DNA of 64,000 nucleotides, from positions 147,087 through 211,086 of the forward strand of contig CAWGAP010000001.1 in assembly GCA_963820695.1 (NCBI GenBank), in the 5' to 3' direction. This document shows, piece after piece, positions 1 through 9,565 of this stretch. The notes under the pieces were generated by a model that saw only the letters and a program-made list of their open reading frames with translations, was not told the DNA's origin and made no database searches. Position numbers and translations under genes: made by a program. The DNA comes from an uncultured Gaiellaceae bacterium (GTDB lineage: Bacteria; Actinomycetota; Thermoleophilia; Gaiellales; Gaiellaceae). The number at the start of each line of letters is the position of its first letter. Position 1 is the stretch's first letter.

Positions 1-331
1 CGACGAACTGCCCCGCGAGCTTTCGTCCCGGCGCTAGCACGCGGAAGTCGTCGATCGCGCCGACGACCGTCGCAACCGCGGCGCCGAGCAGGACGCCGCG
101 CGTCTCGCGGCCAAGCTCGAGGAACGCGAGCGCGGGGACGAAGATGCCGAAGAAGATCGCGATCCCGCCGAGCCGCGGCACCGGGTTCCGGTTCAGCCGC
201 CGCGCTTCGGGGCGGTCGACGACGCCGAGCAGCCGCGCCATCCCGCCCACGGCCGGCGTGAGCAGGATCACGATCACGAACGCGGCGATCGCGCCGTAGA
301 GAACCTGCGGATGGTCGCGCAACGCGTCCAT
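1..331 (-). CDS. MraY/WecA-family polyprenyl-phosphate N-acetylhexosamine-1-phosphate transferase (glycosyltransferase family 4). Only the N-terminal ~110 codons are present; the rest lies outside the window.
   Basis: Not in the ORF track because it is truncated. The reverse complement of 331..1 reads MDALRDHPQVLYGAIAAFVIVILLTPAVGGMARLLGVVDRPEARRLNRNPVPRLGGIAIFFGIFVPALAFLELGRETRGVLLGAAVATVVGAIDDFRVLAPGRKLAGQFV. This shows TM1, the D-x-P-x-x-R-[RK]-x-x-x-P-x-P-x-x-GG loop and the DD(F) motif of WecA/TagO-type enzymes. It starts 11 nt downstream of upp, where rfe/wecA sits in actinobacterial rpmE-prfA loci. Confidence 0.7.
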   Translation of the reverse strand, partial: MDALRDHPQVLYGAIAAFVIVILLTPAVGGMARLLGVVDRPEARRLNRNPVPRLGGIAIFFGIFVPALAFLELGRETRGVLLGAAVATVVGAIDDFRVLAPGRKLAGQFV

Positions 332-342
332 CAGTCCTGCCT

Positions 343-975
343 TCACTTCGTCCCGTAGAGCCGGTCGCCTGCGTCTCCCAGGCCCGGCACGATGAACCCC
401 TTCTCGTTCAGCTCGCGGTCGATCGCCGCGCAGACGATGTGCACGTCCGGGTGCTGCTCGTGCACGCGCTCGATCCCGACGGGCGCGGCGACGAGGCAGA
501 CGAGCGTGACCGAGCGCGCGCCGGCCGCCTTGACCGCGTCGACCGCCGCCGCGCTCGAGTTCCCGGTCGCGAGCATCGGGTCGAGGATGATCGCGTCCCG
601 CTCCGAGAGGTCCTCGGGCAGCTTCACGTAGTACTCGACCGGCTGCAGCGTCTCCTCGTCGCGGTACAGGCCGATGAAGCCGACGCGCGCGCTCGAGATC
701 AGCGAGAGCACGCCCTCGAGCATCCCGAGGCCGGCGCGCAGCACCGGGTTGACGGCGACCTTCTTCCCCGAGATCCGCTGCGCCTGCATCGTCTCGAGCG
801 GCGTCTCGATCTCGACCGGCTCGGTCGGCAGGTCCTTCGTCGCCTCGTAGGTGAGCAGCAGCGTCAGCTCGTTGACGAGCTTGCGGAAGTGGACGGTCGG
901 CGTCTCCTTGTCGCGCAGGTAGGAGAGCTTGTGCTGGACGAGCGGATGCGTGACCTCGGTGACGCGACCGCTCAT
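343..975 (-). CDS. upp: Uracil phosphoribosyltransferase
   Basis: 210 aa, taken from the internal Met of ORF 343..1638. Sequence runs MSGRVTEVTHPLVQHKLSYLRD...ILDPMLATGNS (PRPP loop)...GFIVPGLGDAGDRLYGTK. The ATG at 973-975 overlaps the glyA stop codon (ATGA). Confidence 0.93.
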   Translation of the reverse strand: MSGRVTEVTHPLVQHKLSYLRDKETPTVHFRKLVNELTLLLTYEATKDLPTEPVEIETPLETMQAQRISGKKVAVNPVLRAGLGMLEGVLSLISSARVGFIGLYRDEETLQPVEYYVKLPEDLSERDAIILDPMLATGNSSAAAVDAVKAAGARSVTLVCLVAAPVGIERVHEQHPDVHIVCAAIDRELNEKGFIVPGLGDAGDRLYGTK

Positions 976-2258
976 GCGTAGGTCGTGTAGCCGCGGAAGC
1001 CCGGGTAGAGCGGCCGCTTCGCGCACAGCGCCTCGGCACGGTCGCACAGCGGGCCGAGCTCGCCGTCCCCGAGCGCGCCGGCGATGATCTTGCCGACCTC
1101 GCGGAAGTCCGCCTCGTCGAAGCCGCGCATCGTCGCCGCGGGCGTGCCGATGCGGACGCCGGAGGCAATCGTCGGCGGCCGCTCGTCGAACGGAACGGTG
1201 TTCCGGTTGACGGTCAGCTTCACCTCGTCGAGCCGCTCCTCCGCGTCCTTCCCGGTCCAGTCGGTCTTGCGCAGGTCGAGCTGGAGCAGGTGGGTGTCCG
1301 TGCCGCCGGTGACGACGTCGAGGCCGTTCGAGATCAGCTCGTCGGCGAGCGCGTCGGCGTTCGCGCGCACCTGCTCCTGGTAGGAGCGGAACGCGTCCGA
1401 GCCGGCGATCCGGAAGCACGCCGCCTTGGCCGCGATCACGTGCACGAGCGGGCCGCCCTGCATCCCGGGGAAGACGGCGCGGTCGACCGCCTGTGCGTGC
1501 TCCTGCCTGCAGAGGACGAACCCCGCCCTCGGGCCGGCGAGCGTCTTGTGCGTCGTCGAGGTGACGATGTCGCAGTGCTCGACCGGGTTCGGGTGCAGTC
1601 CGGCGGCGACGAGGCCGGAGAAGTGGGCCATGTCGCACATCAGCAGCGCGTCGACCTCGTCCGCGATCTTGCGGAACTCGGCCGTGTCGACGGCCCGCGG
1701 GTAGGCGGAGCCGCCGCAGACGATCAGCTGCGGCCGGTGCTCCTTCGCCAGCGCGAGGATCTCGTCGTAGTCGACCATCTCGGTCCGGCGGGAGACGCCG
1801 TAGTGGACGATCGTGTACAGCCGACCCGAGAAGTTGACCTTGAGGCCGTGCGTCAGGTGGCCGCCGTGGTCGAGGCGGAGCGAGAGGATCGTGTCGCCGG
1901 GCTGGAGCAAGGCGAAGTACGCGGCCATGTTCGCCTGCGCGCCCGCGTGCGGCTGCACGTTCGCGTGCTCGGCGCCGAAGAGCTCCTTGGCGCGGTCGAT
2001 CGCGAGCTGCTCGATCTCGTCGACCACCTCGCAGCCGCCGTAGTAGCGCTTGCCGGGGTAGCCCTCGGCGTACTTGTTCGTGGGGACGGAGCCGACGGCC
2101 TCGAACACGCTCGGCCAGGTGAAGTTCTCGGATGCGATCAGCTCGATCTGGCCGCGCTGGCGCTCGAGCTCACGGCCGAGCAGCCGGGCGATGTCCGGGT
2201 CGATCTCCTCCAGGCCCGCGGTGCGGAGCCGGTCGAGCGTTTCCTGGGCGACGGCCAT
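972..2258 (-). CDS. glyA: Serine hydroxymethyltransferase
   Basis: 428 aa, full length and uninterrupted. It has ELIASENF, YAEGYPGKRYYGG and VTSTTHKTLAGPRAG (PLP lysine). A GGAGGA Shine-Dalgarno lies upstream (tcctcc at about 2267-2272 on the + strand). Confidence 0.95.
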   Translation of the reverse strand: MAVAQETLDRLRTAGLEEIDPDIARLLGRELERQRGQIELIASENFTWPSVFEAVGSVPTNKYAEGYPGKRYYGGCEVVDEIEQLAIDRAKELFGAEHANVQPHAGAQANMAAYFALLQPGDTILSLRLDHGGHLTHGLKVNFSGRLYTIVHYGVSRRTEMVDYDEILALAKEHRPQLIVCGGSAYPRAVDTAEFRKIADEVDALLMCDMAHFSGLVAAGLHPNPVEHCDIVTSTTHKTLAGPRAGFVLCRQEHAQAVDRAVFPGMQGGPLVHVIAAKAACFRIAGSDAFRSYQEQVRANADALADELISNGLDVVTGGTDTHLLQLDLRKTDWTGKDAEERLDEVKLTVNRNTVPFDERPPTIASGVRIGTPAATMRGFDEADFREVGKIIAGALGDGELGPLCDRAEALCAKRPLYPGFRGYTTYA

Positions 2259-2293
2259 TGCCGTTCCTCCTTAGCCGGGGCGACGATCCGATG

Positions 2294-2896
2294 CTAGAGC
2301 AACGAGGCGACGACCCGGAGCGCCTCGCCGGCGGGAACGGCCCCTTCGCGAAGGACGACGGGCTCGGAGCCGGTGAGATCGATCACGGTCGACGGCGTGC
2401 CCGGGAGCTCACCGCCGTCGACGAGCGCCGCGGCGGCTGCACGCAGCTGCTCGGGCACGTCGTCCAGCGTCCGCGGGTCGGGCCCGCCGGGAAGGTTCGC
2501 GCTGGTGGCGACCAGCGCACCGACCTGGCGTAGCAGGTCGCGCGCCGGTCCGGCGAGCGCCGGGATGCGGACGCCGATCGCCTCCGGACGCGAGCCGGCG
2601 AGCCAGGGAAAGCGCCGGGCGGGGTTCGGCACGATCAGCGTGTACGGCCCCGGCATGAGCGCCCGCACGACCCGTTCCTCCGCGCCGTGCAGTTCCGGCA
2701 GGCACTCGAGCAACAGCTCGAGATCGCGAACGACGAGGGCTGTCGGCTGCTGTTCGACCCGACCCTTGGCGGCGTAGAGCCCGCGGACGGCGGCCTCGGC
2801 GTGCGGCGTGGTCGCGAGGCCGTAGACGGTGTCGGTCGGGACGATCGCCAGCCTGCCGTCCCGAATTGCCGCGACCGCGTCGTCGACGTCAGTCAC
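2294..2896 (-). CDS. tsaC: L-threonylcarbamoyladenylate synthase (YrdC/TsaC/Sua5 family, single domain)
   Basis: 200 aa with VPTDTVYGLA and TSANLPGG motifs. It occupies the conserved position after prmC and overlaps prmC by 8 nt. Confidence 0.85.
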   Translation of the reverse strand: MTDVDDAVAAIRDGRLAIVPTDTVYGLATTPHAEAAVRGLYAAKGRVEQQPTALVVRDLELLLECLPELHGAEERVVRALMPGPYTLIVPNPARRFPWLAGSRPEAIGVRIPALAGPARDLLRQVGALVATSANLPGGPDPRTLDDVPEQLRAAAAALVDGGELPGTPSTVIDLTGSEPVVLREGAVPAGEALRVVASLL

Positions 2897-3728
2897 GTCG
2901 GCCTTCGACGACGCGATCGCGGCCGGCCAGGTCCGGCGTCGTCACGACGTCGACGTAGCCGAGCCCGGCGAGGGTCGCGGCCGTCCCGAGCGCCTGTCCG
3001 TCTCCGATCTCGAGCACGAGATGCCCGCCTGGACGGAGCACGTCGAGCGCGGCGCGGGCGACGGTCTCGGGCATGTGATCACCCACGAGCGCGATGTGCG
3101 GCTCGTAGTCGCGCACGTCCGGCATCAGCCTCTCCAGGTCCGTGGGCTCGACGTAGGGCGGGTTCGAGACGACGAGGTCGTACGGCCCGCCGGGGAGGCC
3201 GGCGGCGGCGTCGTGCTCCAGCAGCTCGATCGCGAGACCCGTGCGCTCGACGTTCTCGCGGGCGAGCGCCAGCGCCTCGGCCGAGACGTCGATCGCGGTC
3301 ACGCTCGCGCCGGGCTGCTCGTCGGCGATCGCGAGCGCGATCGCTCCGGTGCCCGTGCCGACGTCGAGCACCGCCGGGGCGTCGAGGCCGCGCAGGTGCG
3401 AGAGCCCGCGCTCGACGACGATCTCCGTTTCGGGGCGCGGGATCAGCGCGCGCCGGTCGACGCTGAGGGTGAGGCGGCGAAAGCCCCACTCGCCGAGGAT
3501 GTAGGCGACCGGCTCGTGACGAGCACGGCGTGCCACCGCCTCGCGGTACGCATCGAGCTCCTGCGAGCTCAGCGGCCGGTCGAAGTCGGTGTAGAGCTCG
3601 ATCCGCTCGCGCCCGAGCGTGTGCGCGAGCAGGAGCTCGGCGTCGAGCCGGCCGGTCTCGGAGGTCTTGCCGAGATGCTCCGACGCGCGTCGGAGCACGT
3701 CGCCCAGGCTCAGCGCGGCCGTGCTCAC
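2889..3728 (-). CDS. prmC: Release-factor glutamine N5-methyltransferase
   Basis: 279 aa with the SAM motif VLDVGTGTGAIAL and the catalytic NPPY (VVSNPPYV). It overlaps prfA by 4 nt. Confidence 0.92.
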   Translation of the reverse strand: MSTAALSLGDVLRRASEHLGKTSETGRLDAELLLAHTLGRERIELYTDFDRPLSSQELDAYREAVARRARHEPVAYILGEWGFRRLTLSVDRRALIPRPETEIVVERGLSHLRGLDAPAVLDVGTGTGAIALAIADEQPGASVTAIDVSAEALALARENVERTGLAIELLEHDAAAGLPGGPYDLVVSNPPYVEPTDLERLMPDVRDYEPHIALVGDHMPETVARAALDVLRPGGHLVLEIGDGQALGTAATLAGLGYVDVVTTPDLAGRDRVVEGRRD

Positions 3729-4765
3729 CCTTCGAGCCCGCGGCGCCGGTCCTCTTCCTGCAGCGCCGTGGTGAAGTCGGCGAGCCCGCCCTGGAGCACC
3801 TTCTCCAGGTTCAGCGTCACCTTGACGCGGTGGTCGGTGGCGCGGCTGTCCGGGTAGTTGTAGGTGCGGATCTTCTCGGCCCGCTCACCGGAGCCGATCT
3901 GCGACCTGCGTGTCTCGGAGAGCTCGGCCTGCTGGCGCTCGCGCTCGGCCTCGTAGATGCGCGCGCGCAGCACCCGCATCGCCTTCGCCTTGTTCTGGAG
4001 CTGCGACTTCTCGTCCTGCATCGCGACGACGATTCCGGTCGGCAGGTGCGTGATCCGGACGGCCGAGTCGGTCGTGTTGACGCTCTGGCCGCCGGGACCG
4101 GTCGAGCGGTAGACGTCGATCTTGAGATCGTTCTCGTCCACGTCGACCTCGATCTCCTCGACCTCGGGCATGACGGCCGCGGTCGCGGTCGACGTGTGGA
4201 TCCGGCCCTGGGACTCGGTCGCGGGAACACGCTGGACGCGGTGGGTGCCGCCCTCGTACTTGAACACGGAGTAGGCACCGCCGCCCTTGACCGCGAAGAC
4301 GACCTCCTTGAAGCCGCCGCTCTCGCTCTCGTTCGCCGAGAGCAGCTCGGTCTTGAAGCCGCGGCTCTCGGCGTAGCGCGTGAGCATCCGCAGCACGTCG
4401 CCGGCCCAGATCGCCGCCTCGTCGCCGCCGACGCCCTGCCGGATCTCGACGATCACGTCCTTGTCGTCGGCGGGATCCTTCTCGACGAGGGCGAGCTTCA
4501 GCTCCTCCTCGAGCTCGGCCAGGCGCTGCTCCGACTCGGCGACGAGCTCCTTGAGCTCGGGGTCGGCGTTGGACGCGTCGACGTCCTCCCGCATCGCCCG
4601 CCACTCCTGGGCGAGCTTGTACGCAGGCTCCAGCTCCTTCAGGCGGCGGCCGATCTCGGCGGCCTCCCGCTGGTCGTTGTAGACCGAAGGGTCGGCCATG
4701 CGCTCCTGCAGCTCGCTGTAGTTGCGCTCGAGATCGTCGATCAGCTTCTCGATCGGTGTCGCCAT
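3725..4765 (-). CDS. prfA: Peptide chain release factor 1
   Basis: 346 aa with the GGQ motif (GPGGQSVN) and the RF1-type P-A-T anticodon tripeptide (RVPATESQGRIHTS). Confidence 0.95.
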   Translation of the reverse strand: MATPIEKLIDDLERNYSELQERMADPSVYNDQREAAEIGRRLKELEPAYKLAQEWRAMREDVDASNADPELKELVAESEQRLAELEEELKLALVEKDPADDKDVIVEIRQGVGGDEAAIWAGDVLRMLTRYAESRGFKTELLSANESESGGFKEVVFAVKGGGAYSVFKYEGGTHRVQRVPATESQGRIHTSTATAAVMPEVEEIEVDVDENDLKIDVYRSTGPGGQSVNTTDSAVRITHLPTGIVVAMQDEKSQLQNKAKAMRVLRARIYEAERERQQAELSETRRSQIGSGERAEKIRTYNYPDSRATDHRVKVTLNLEKVLQGGLADFTTALQEEDRRRGLEG

Positions 4766-4774
4766 GATTGGACG

Positions 4775-5230
4775 ATGCTAGCCACGCCCATCCGCATCCG
4801 GCGCGCGGCCGCCGCGGATTCCGTGCCGGCCGCGGCCGTCGTCCGGGCGGTCTACGAGGAGTACGGCTTCACCTGGGACGAACGCGGCTACCACGCCGAC
4901 CTGCGTGACGTCGAGACGGCGTATGCGGCGTTCTTCGTCGCCGAGCTCGACGGCCGGATCGTCGGCACTGCCGGGCTCTCCGAGCGCGGTTCGCTCGAGC
5001 GCCTCTACGTTCTGCCCGATGCGCGGGGAGCGGGCGCCGGCTCGGCGCTCCTCGCGGCCGTCGCCGAGGAAGCGCGCCGCCGCGGCCATGACCGGCTCGA
5101 GATCTGGTCGGACAAGCGCTTCGAGGATGCACACCGGCTCTACCGGCGCGAGGGCGCGCGGGTCGTCGGCGAGCGCGTCCACGACGATCCCGACTCGAGC
5201 CACGAGTGGGGACTGGTGCTCGACCTTTAG
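4775..5230 (+). CDS. GNAT family N-acetyltransferase
   Basis: 151 aa, starting at the ATG at 4775 inside ORF 3530..5230. Upstream of that ATG the ORF is antisense to prfA. The acetyl-CoA loop is LYVLPDARGAGAGSALL. The start is only 9 nt from the divergent prfA start, so the exact start is uncertain. Confidence 0.75.
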   Translation: MLATPIRIRRAAAADSVPAAAVVRAVYEEYGFTWDERGYHADLRDVETAYAAFFVAELDGRIVGTAGLSERGSLERLYVLPDARGAGAGSALLAAVAEEARRRGHDRLEIWSDKRFEDAHRLYRREGARVVGERVHDDPDSSHEWGLVLDL

Positions 5231-5664
5231 GAGTCGAGCTGGGCGTCGAGCGTGATCTCGGGCACGCCTGCCAGCGCTTGCGAGACCGGACAGTTCTTCT
5301 TCGCTCCCTCAGCTGCCTCTCGAAACGCGTCGGCGTCCAGGCCGGGCACCGACCCGAGAACCGTGAGCGCGATCTTCGTGATCCCGGTGCCGGGGACGAA
5401 GGTGACCGTCGCGGAGGTTCGCAGCCGCTCCGGGGGGTTGCCCGCCTTCGCCAGACCGCCCGAGAGCGCCATCGAGAAGCACGATGCGTGAGCAGCTGCG
5501 ATCAGCTCCTCCGGGCTCGTCTTGCCGCCCGACGCCTCCTCCGACCGCGCCGCCCAGCTGACGTCGAGCGGGCCGAACGCGCCCGAGCCGACCTCGTCGA
5601 TCGTTCCCGACCCGCCCATCAGGTCGCCGTTCCACGTCACCGAAGCGCGCCGCTCTGCAGCCAT
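5227..5664 (-). CDS. OsmC family peroxiredoxin (copy 1)
   Basis: 145 aa with TSPEELIAAAHASCFSMAL and KNCPVSQAL, the two conserved OsmC cysteines. Confidence 0.88.
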   Translation of the reverse strand: MAAERRASVTWNGDLMGGSGTIDEVGSGAFGPLDVSWAARSEEASGGKTSPEELIAAAHASCFSMALSGGLAKAGNPPERLRTSATVTFVPGTGITKIALTVLGSVPGLDADAFREAAEGAKKNCPVSQALAGVPEITLDAQLDS

Positions 5665-5675
5665 CTCGTCCTCCT

Positions 5676-6122
5676 CTAGCTCGCGAGTTCGGTGCGGACG
5701 CTAACGGAAGCGCTCGCTCGGATCAGGGCCGAGAGCGTGCAGCCCTCGTCGGCCTTCCGCGCCACCTGCTCGAGTCCGGCCTCGTCGATCCCGTCGGCCT
5801 GCGCGCGCACGTCGAGCTCGGAGGAGACGATCAGGTGTCCCTTCCCCTCGACCTCGTCGAGCGTGACCGTGCAGGTGACCTCGAGCCGATCGACGGTGCC
5901 GCCTGCGCGGGCGATCTCGCCCGCGAGCGACGTCGAGTAGCAGCCCGCGTGGGCGGCCGCGAGCAGCTCCTCGGGGCTCGTCTTCCCGGGCTTGTCCGAG
6001 ATCCGCGACGGGAGGTCGATCGGGAGCTCGAACGTCCCCGACGACGTCGCGGTCGCCACGCCCGTGCCACGTGAGAGCGATCCTTCCCAGGCGACGTGCG
6101 CCTGCCGGACGACTCGGGGCAT
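5676..6122 (-). CDS. OsmC family protein (copy 2, tandem paralog)
   Basis: 148 aa with TSPEELLAAAHAGCYSTSL and DEGCTLSALI. It has the same architecture as the neighbouring gene and lies 11 nt from it. Confidence 0.85.
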   Translation of the reverse strand: MPRVVRQAHVAWEGSLSRGTGVATATSSGTFELPIDLPSRISDKPGKTSPEELLAAAHAGCYSTSLAGEIARAGGTVDRLEVTCTVTLDEVEGKGHLIVSSELDVRAQADGIDEAGLEQVARKADEGCTLSALIRASASVSVRTELAS

Positions 6123-7039
6123 CAGGCCATGACCTCGACCTTGCGCTCCTCGGCGGTGATACCGCCCTCACGGCGGAGCACCTCCTGGAGCGCGCGGATC
6201 GAGACCTCGATCTGGTCGAGCGTCGGCGGCCGGGTCGTCAGCCGCTGCAGCCAGAGCCCGGGTGCGAGCAGCGCCATCAGCACGGGGTTGTCCTGGTGCT
6301 TGCCGGCGAAGCGGATCAGCTCGTAGGCGATTCCGGCGATCACCGGCAGGAGCAGGATCCGGCTCGTGATCAGCCAGTACCACGCCGGCTGGCCGACGAA
6401 GGCGAAGACGAAGATGCCGATCACCATCACCCAGAGCAAAAACGCTGTTCCGCAACGCGGGTGGATCAAGCTGAACTTTTGCACCTTCTCGGGCGTGAGC
6501 TCCTCGCCCGCCTCGTAGGCGTTGATCGCCTTGTGCTCGGCGGCGTGGTACTGGAACACACGGCGCAGGTCGGGCAGGAGCGAGATCAGGAGCAGGTAGA
6601 GCAGGAAGATGGCCACGCGGATCACGCCCTCGATCACGACGAACGAGCCCGTGGTATCGATCGGCAGCCAGTTCGTGATCAGTGCCGGCGTCACCTTGAA
6701 GAGCATCAGCGCGAAGCCGATGGCGATCGCGAACGAGAAGAGGATCTGGCCGCGGGAGATCTCGGTCTGCACCTCGCCGTCCTTGGCCTCGGGGTCCTGC
6801 GCCGCGTAGTTGGCCGAGATCGCGAGCGCGCGGAACCCGATCGCCAACGACTCGCCGAGCGCGATCACGCCGCGAACGACCGGCAGCCGGTAGATCCGTC
6901 GCCGAGCCATCGGCGAGCTGATCTCCTTGACGACCTCGGCGATCTCGCCGTCGGGCTTGCGCACTGCGACAGCCCACATCGAAGGGCTGCGCATCATCAC
7001 GCCCTCAAGGACTGCCTGGCCCCCGATGTTGTTGGCCAC
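6122..7039 (-). CDS. DUF1385 family membrane protein
   Basis: 305 aa with GGQAVLEGVMMRSP, YHAAEHKAINAYE and several TM segments. This family commonly neighbours rpmE, prfA and prmC. Confidence 0.85.
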   Translation of the reverse strand: MANNIGGQAVLEGVMMRSPSMWAVAVRKPDGEIAEVVKEISSPMARRRIYRLPVVRGVIALGESLAIGFRALAISANYAAQDPEAKDGEVQTEISRGQILFSFAIAIGFALMLFKVTPALITNWLPIDTTGSFVVIEGVIRVAIFLLYLLLISLLPDLRRVFQYHAAEHKAINAYEAGEELTPEKVQKFSLIHPRCGTAFLLWVMVIGIFVFAFVGQPAWYWLITSRILLLPVIAGIAYELIRFAGKHQDNPVLMALLAPGLWLQRLTTRPPTLDQIEVSIRALQEVLRREGGITAEERKVEVMA

Positions 7040-7042
7040 GAG

Positions 7043-7261
7043 CTAGGAGCGGCGTGCGCCGCCGGCCTTTTCGAGCCGGCGCTGGAAGCGCTCGACCCGG
7101 CCGCCGGAGTCCATCAGCTTCTGCTTGCCCGTATAGAACGGGTGGCACGCGGAGCACACGTCAACGTGGATCTCCGCCTGCGTCGAGCGGGTCTCGAACT
7201 CGTTGCCGCACGAGCAGCGGACATGCGTGCTGACGTATTCGGGATGGATTCCAGACTTCAT
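7043..7261 (-). CDS. rpmE: 50S ribosomal protein L31 (Zn-ribbon type)
   Basis: 72 aa, MKSGIHPEY...CSCGN...[13 protein letters not shown]. Confidence 0.95.
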   Translation of the reverse strand: MKSGIHPEYVSTHVRCSCGNEFETRSTQAEIHVDVCSACHPFYTGKQKLMDSGGRVERFQRRLEKAGGARRS

Positions 7262-8184
7262 CGCCGGGCCAGGATAGCAGAGGCGGTTTGGGTGGCCACG
7301 TTTCCTCCTGAGACAACAGCGGCCGTCGCACGATCCCCCACTTTCCCCGCCAGAATCGCCGCGACAGCGACCGCCCCAGCCGGCTCGCAGGCGAGTTTGG
7401 CCCGCTCGTAGAGGAAGCGAAATGCCGCCTCGATCTCCTCCTCCGAGACGAGCACGCTCTCGACGCCGTTGGCCTGGATCACCGCCAGCGCGTGCTCACC
7501 CGCGAACGGCCCGGAGAGCCCGTCGGCAATCGACACCGGCGTCACCGGGACGGGGCGGCCGGCGGCGAGCGCGTCGTGCACCGCGGTCGACCCCTCGGGC
7601 TCGACCGCGATCACGCGCCGGTCGGGCGCGGCCGCCGCAACTCCGGCAACGAGCCCGCCGCCGCCCGTCGGTACCAGGATCGTCTCGACCTCGGGCGCGT
7701 CCTCGAGCAGCTCGAGCGCCAGCGTTCCCTGGCCGGCGATCACGAGCGGGTCGTCGAACGGGTGCACGAGCGTCCGGCCCGTCTGGCGGATGTGCTCGTC
7801 GAGGCGCTCGAACGCCTCGACGGCATCCGCAGCCTCGAGGTCGACCGACGCTCCGTAGCCACGCGTCGCAGCCACCTTGGCCGGGCTGGCGCTCGCGTAC
7901 ATGACGACGAGGCAGTCGATCTTCTCCAGCGCCGCGCCCCAGGCGAGCGCCTGCGCGTGGTTCCCGGCCGAGATCCCGATCACGCCGCGCTCCTTCTCCT
8001 CGGCCGTCAGCGACGAGAGCTTGTTGAGCACGCCACGGGCCTTGAACGAGCCCGTCTTCTGAAACAGCTCCGCCTTCAGGTAGGTCTGCGCGCCGAGCGT
8101 CCTCGAGCTGAAGGTGGGCGTGCGGTGCACGCGGCCCCGGATCCGCTCCGCCGCCTGCAGCACGTCGTCGCGGGCCACTGCCAT
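7258..8184 (-). CDS. PLP-dependent threonine/serine ammonia-lyase family enzyme
   Basis: 308 aa with the PLP-lysine motif [21 protein letters not shown] and a G-rich phosphate loop PTGGGGL. There is no C-terminal ACT regulatory domain, so this is the catabolic or racemase-like type. Confidence 0.85.
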   Translation of the reverse strand: MAVARDDVLQAAERIRGRVHRTPTFSSRTLGAQTYLKAELFQKTGSFKARGVLNKLSSLTAEEKERGVIGISAGNHAQALAWGAALEKIDCLVVMYASASPAKVAATRGYGASVDLEAADAVEAFERLDEHIRQTGRTLVHPFDDPLVIAGQGTLALELLEDAPEVETILVPTGGGGLVAGVAAAAPDRRVIAVEPEGSTAVHDALAAGRPVPVTPVSIADGLSGPFAGEHALAVIQANGVESVLVSEEEIEAAFRFLYERAKLACEPAGAVAVAAILAGKVGDRATAAVVSGGNVATQTASAILARR

Positions 8185-8210
8185 CCCGCGCGCATCGTAG
8201 ACTCCGGCGC

Positions 8211-9548
8211 GTGTCCGACCACCCCGTCCAGCTCGCTGTCGGCGACGACCTCCACCGCTCGCGCCTGACCGTCTTCTTCCGGCTCCTGCTCGCGATCCCG
8301 CACATCATCTGGCTCGCGCTCTGGTCGATCGGCGTCTTCTTCGCCGCGATCATCGCCTGGTTCGCCGTCCTGTTCACCGGACGCCTGCCGCAAGGGCTGC
8401 ACGACTTCTTCGGCATGTACGTCCGCTATGCGACCCACCTCGGCGCCTATCTCGGGCTCGCCGCGAACCCGTACCCGGGCTTCACCGGCCAGCCGGGCTA
8501 CCCGGTCGATGTCTCGATCCCGGAGCGGCAGCGCCAGTCGCGCTGGAAGGCGGCATTCCGCTTGTTCCTCGCGATCCCGGCACTGATGCTCGCAGCGGTG
8601 CTCGGCTCGGGCTTCGGCGGCGGTGGCGGCGGCTACTCGCGGGCCGAATCGGATGCGGCCTCGGCGGCCGAGTGGTTCGGCTCGACGGGCGTCGGCGGCG
8701 TCGCAGCCGTCTGCGCCTTTCTGGGCTGGTTCGCTGTGCTCGCCACCGGCCGGATGCCGCTCGGGCTCCGCAACCTCGGCGCGTTCGGGCTCGGCTACAC
8801 GGCGCAGGCCTACGCCTACGTCCTGCTGCTCACCGATCGCTATCCGAACTCCGACCCCGAGGCCATCGGCCCCGAGTGGGCGCTGCCGCCCCACCACGTG
8901 CGGCTCGAGCTGGCCGACGACGGCCGCCGCTCGCGCTTGACCGTCTTCTTCCGGCTCCTCCTGGCCATCCCCCATTTCGTCTGGCTCACGCTCTGGACCG
9001 TGGCGGCGCTCCTCGCCGCAATCGCGAACTGGCTCGTCGCGCTCTTCAGCGGCCGTTCGGCAACTGCGCTGCACCGCTTCCTCGCCGCCTACGTGCGCTA
9101 CTCCGCACACGTGACGGCGTTCGTCACCCTCGTCGCGAACCCGTTCCCCGGCTTCGTCGGTGCGCCGGGTTACCCCGTCGACATCGAGATCGGGCCGCCG
9201 GAGCGCCAGAACCGCTGGATCACGTTCTTCCGTGGCTTGCTCGCGATCCCGAGCTTCTTCCTCTCCGGCGCGCTCAGTGCGGTGCTCGTCGTGATCAGCC
9301 TCCTCGGCTGGTTCGCCGCACTCGTCACCGGCCGGATGCCGACCGGGCTGCGCAACCTCGGTGCGTACGCCGTGCGCTATCTCGCGCAGACGAACGCGTA
9401 CTGGTTCGTCGTCACCGACGCCTACCCGCACGCGAGCCCGGCGCTGCGCCCGCCGCCCGAGCCCGAGCCCGCGCCTCACTCGTATTACCAGCCTCAGCCG
9501 GCGCCGGAGCAGCGGCCGCAGACGTTCGACGAGCCGGAGACGGTCTGA
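8211..9548 (+). CDS. Membrane protein built from four DUF4389-type units (A-B-A'-B') with a Pro-rich tail
   Basis: 445 aa with a GTG start. The units begin RSRLTVFFRLLLAIPHIIW, QSRWKAAFRLFLAIPALML, RSRLTVFFRLLLAIPHFVW and QNRWITFFRGLLAIPSFFL. Each is followed by W(F/L)A.L.TGR.P.GL and a (T)D.YP or ANP(Y/F)PGF ending. Confidence 0.8.
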   Translation: MSDHPVQLAVGDDLHRSRLTVFFRLLLAIPHIIWLALWSIGVFFAAIIAWFAVLFTGRLPQGLHDFFGMYVRYATHLGAYLGLAANPYPGFTGQPGYPVDVSIPERQRQSRWKAAFRLFLAIPALMLAAVLGSGFGGGGGGYSRAESDAASAAEWFGSTGVGGVAAVCAFLGWFAVLATGRMPLGLRNLGAFGLGYTAQAYAYVLLLTDRYPNSDPEAIGPEWALPPHHVRLELADDGRRSRLTVFFRLLLAIPHFVWLTLWTVAALLAAIANWLVALFSGRSATALHRFLAAYVRYSAHVTAFVTLVANPFPGFVGAPGYPVDIEIGPPERQNRWITFFRGLLAIPSFFLSGALSAVLVVISLLGWFAALVTGRMPTGLRNLGAYAVRYLAQTNAYWFVVTDAYPHASPALRPPPEPEPAPHSYYQPQPAPEQRPQTFDEPETV

Positions 9549-9565
9549 CGAACCGGCGCGCGGCG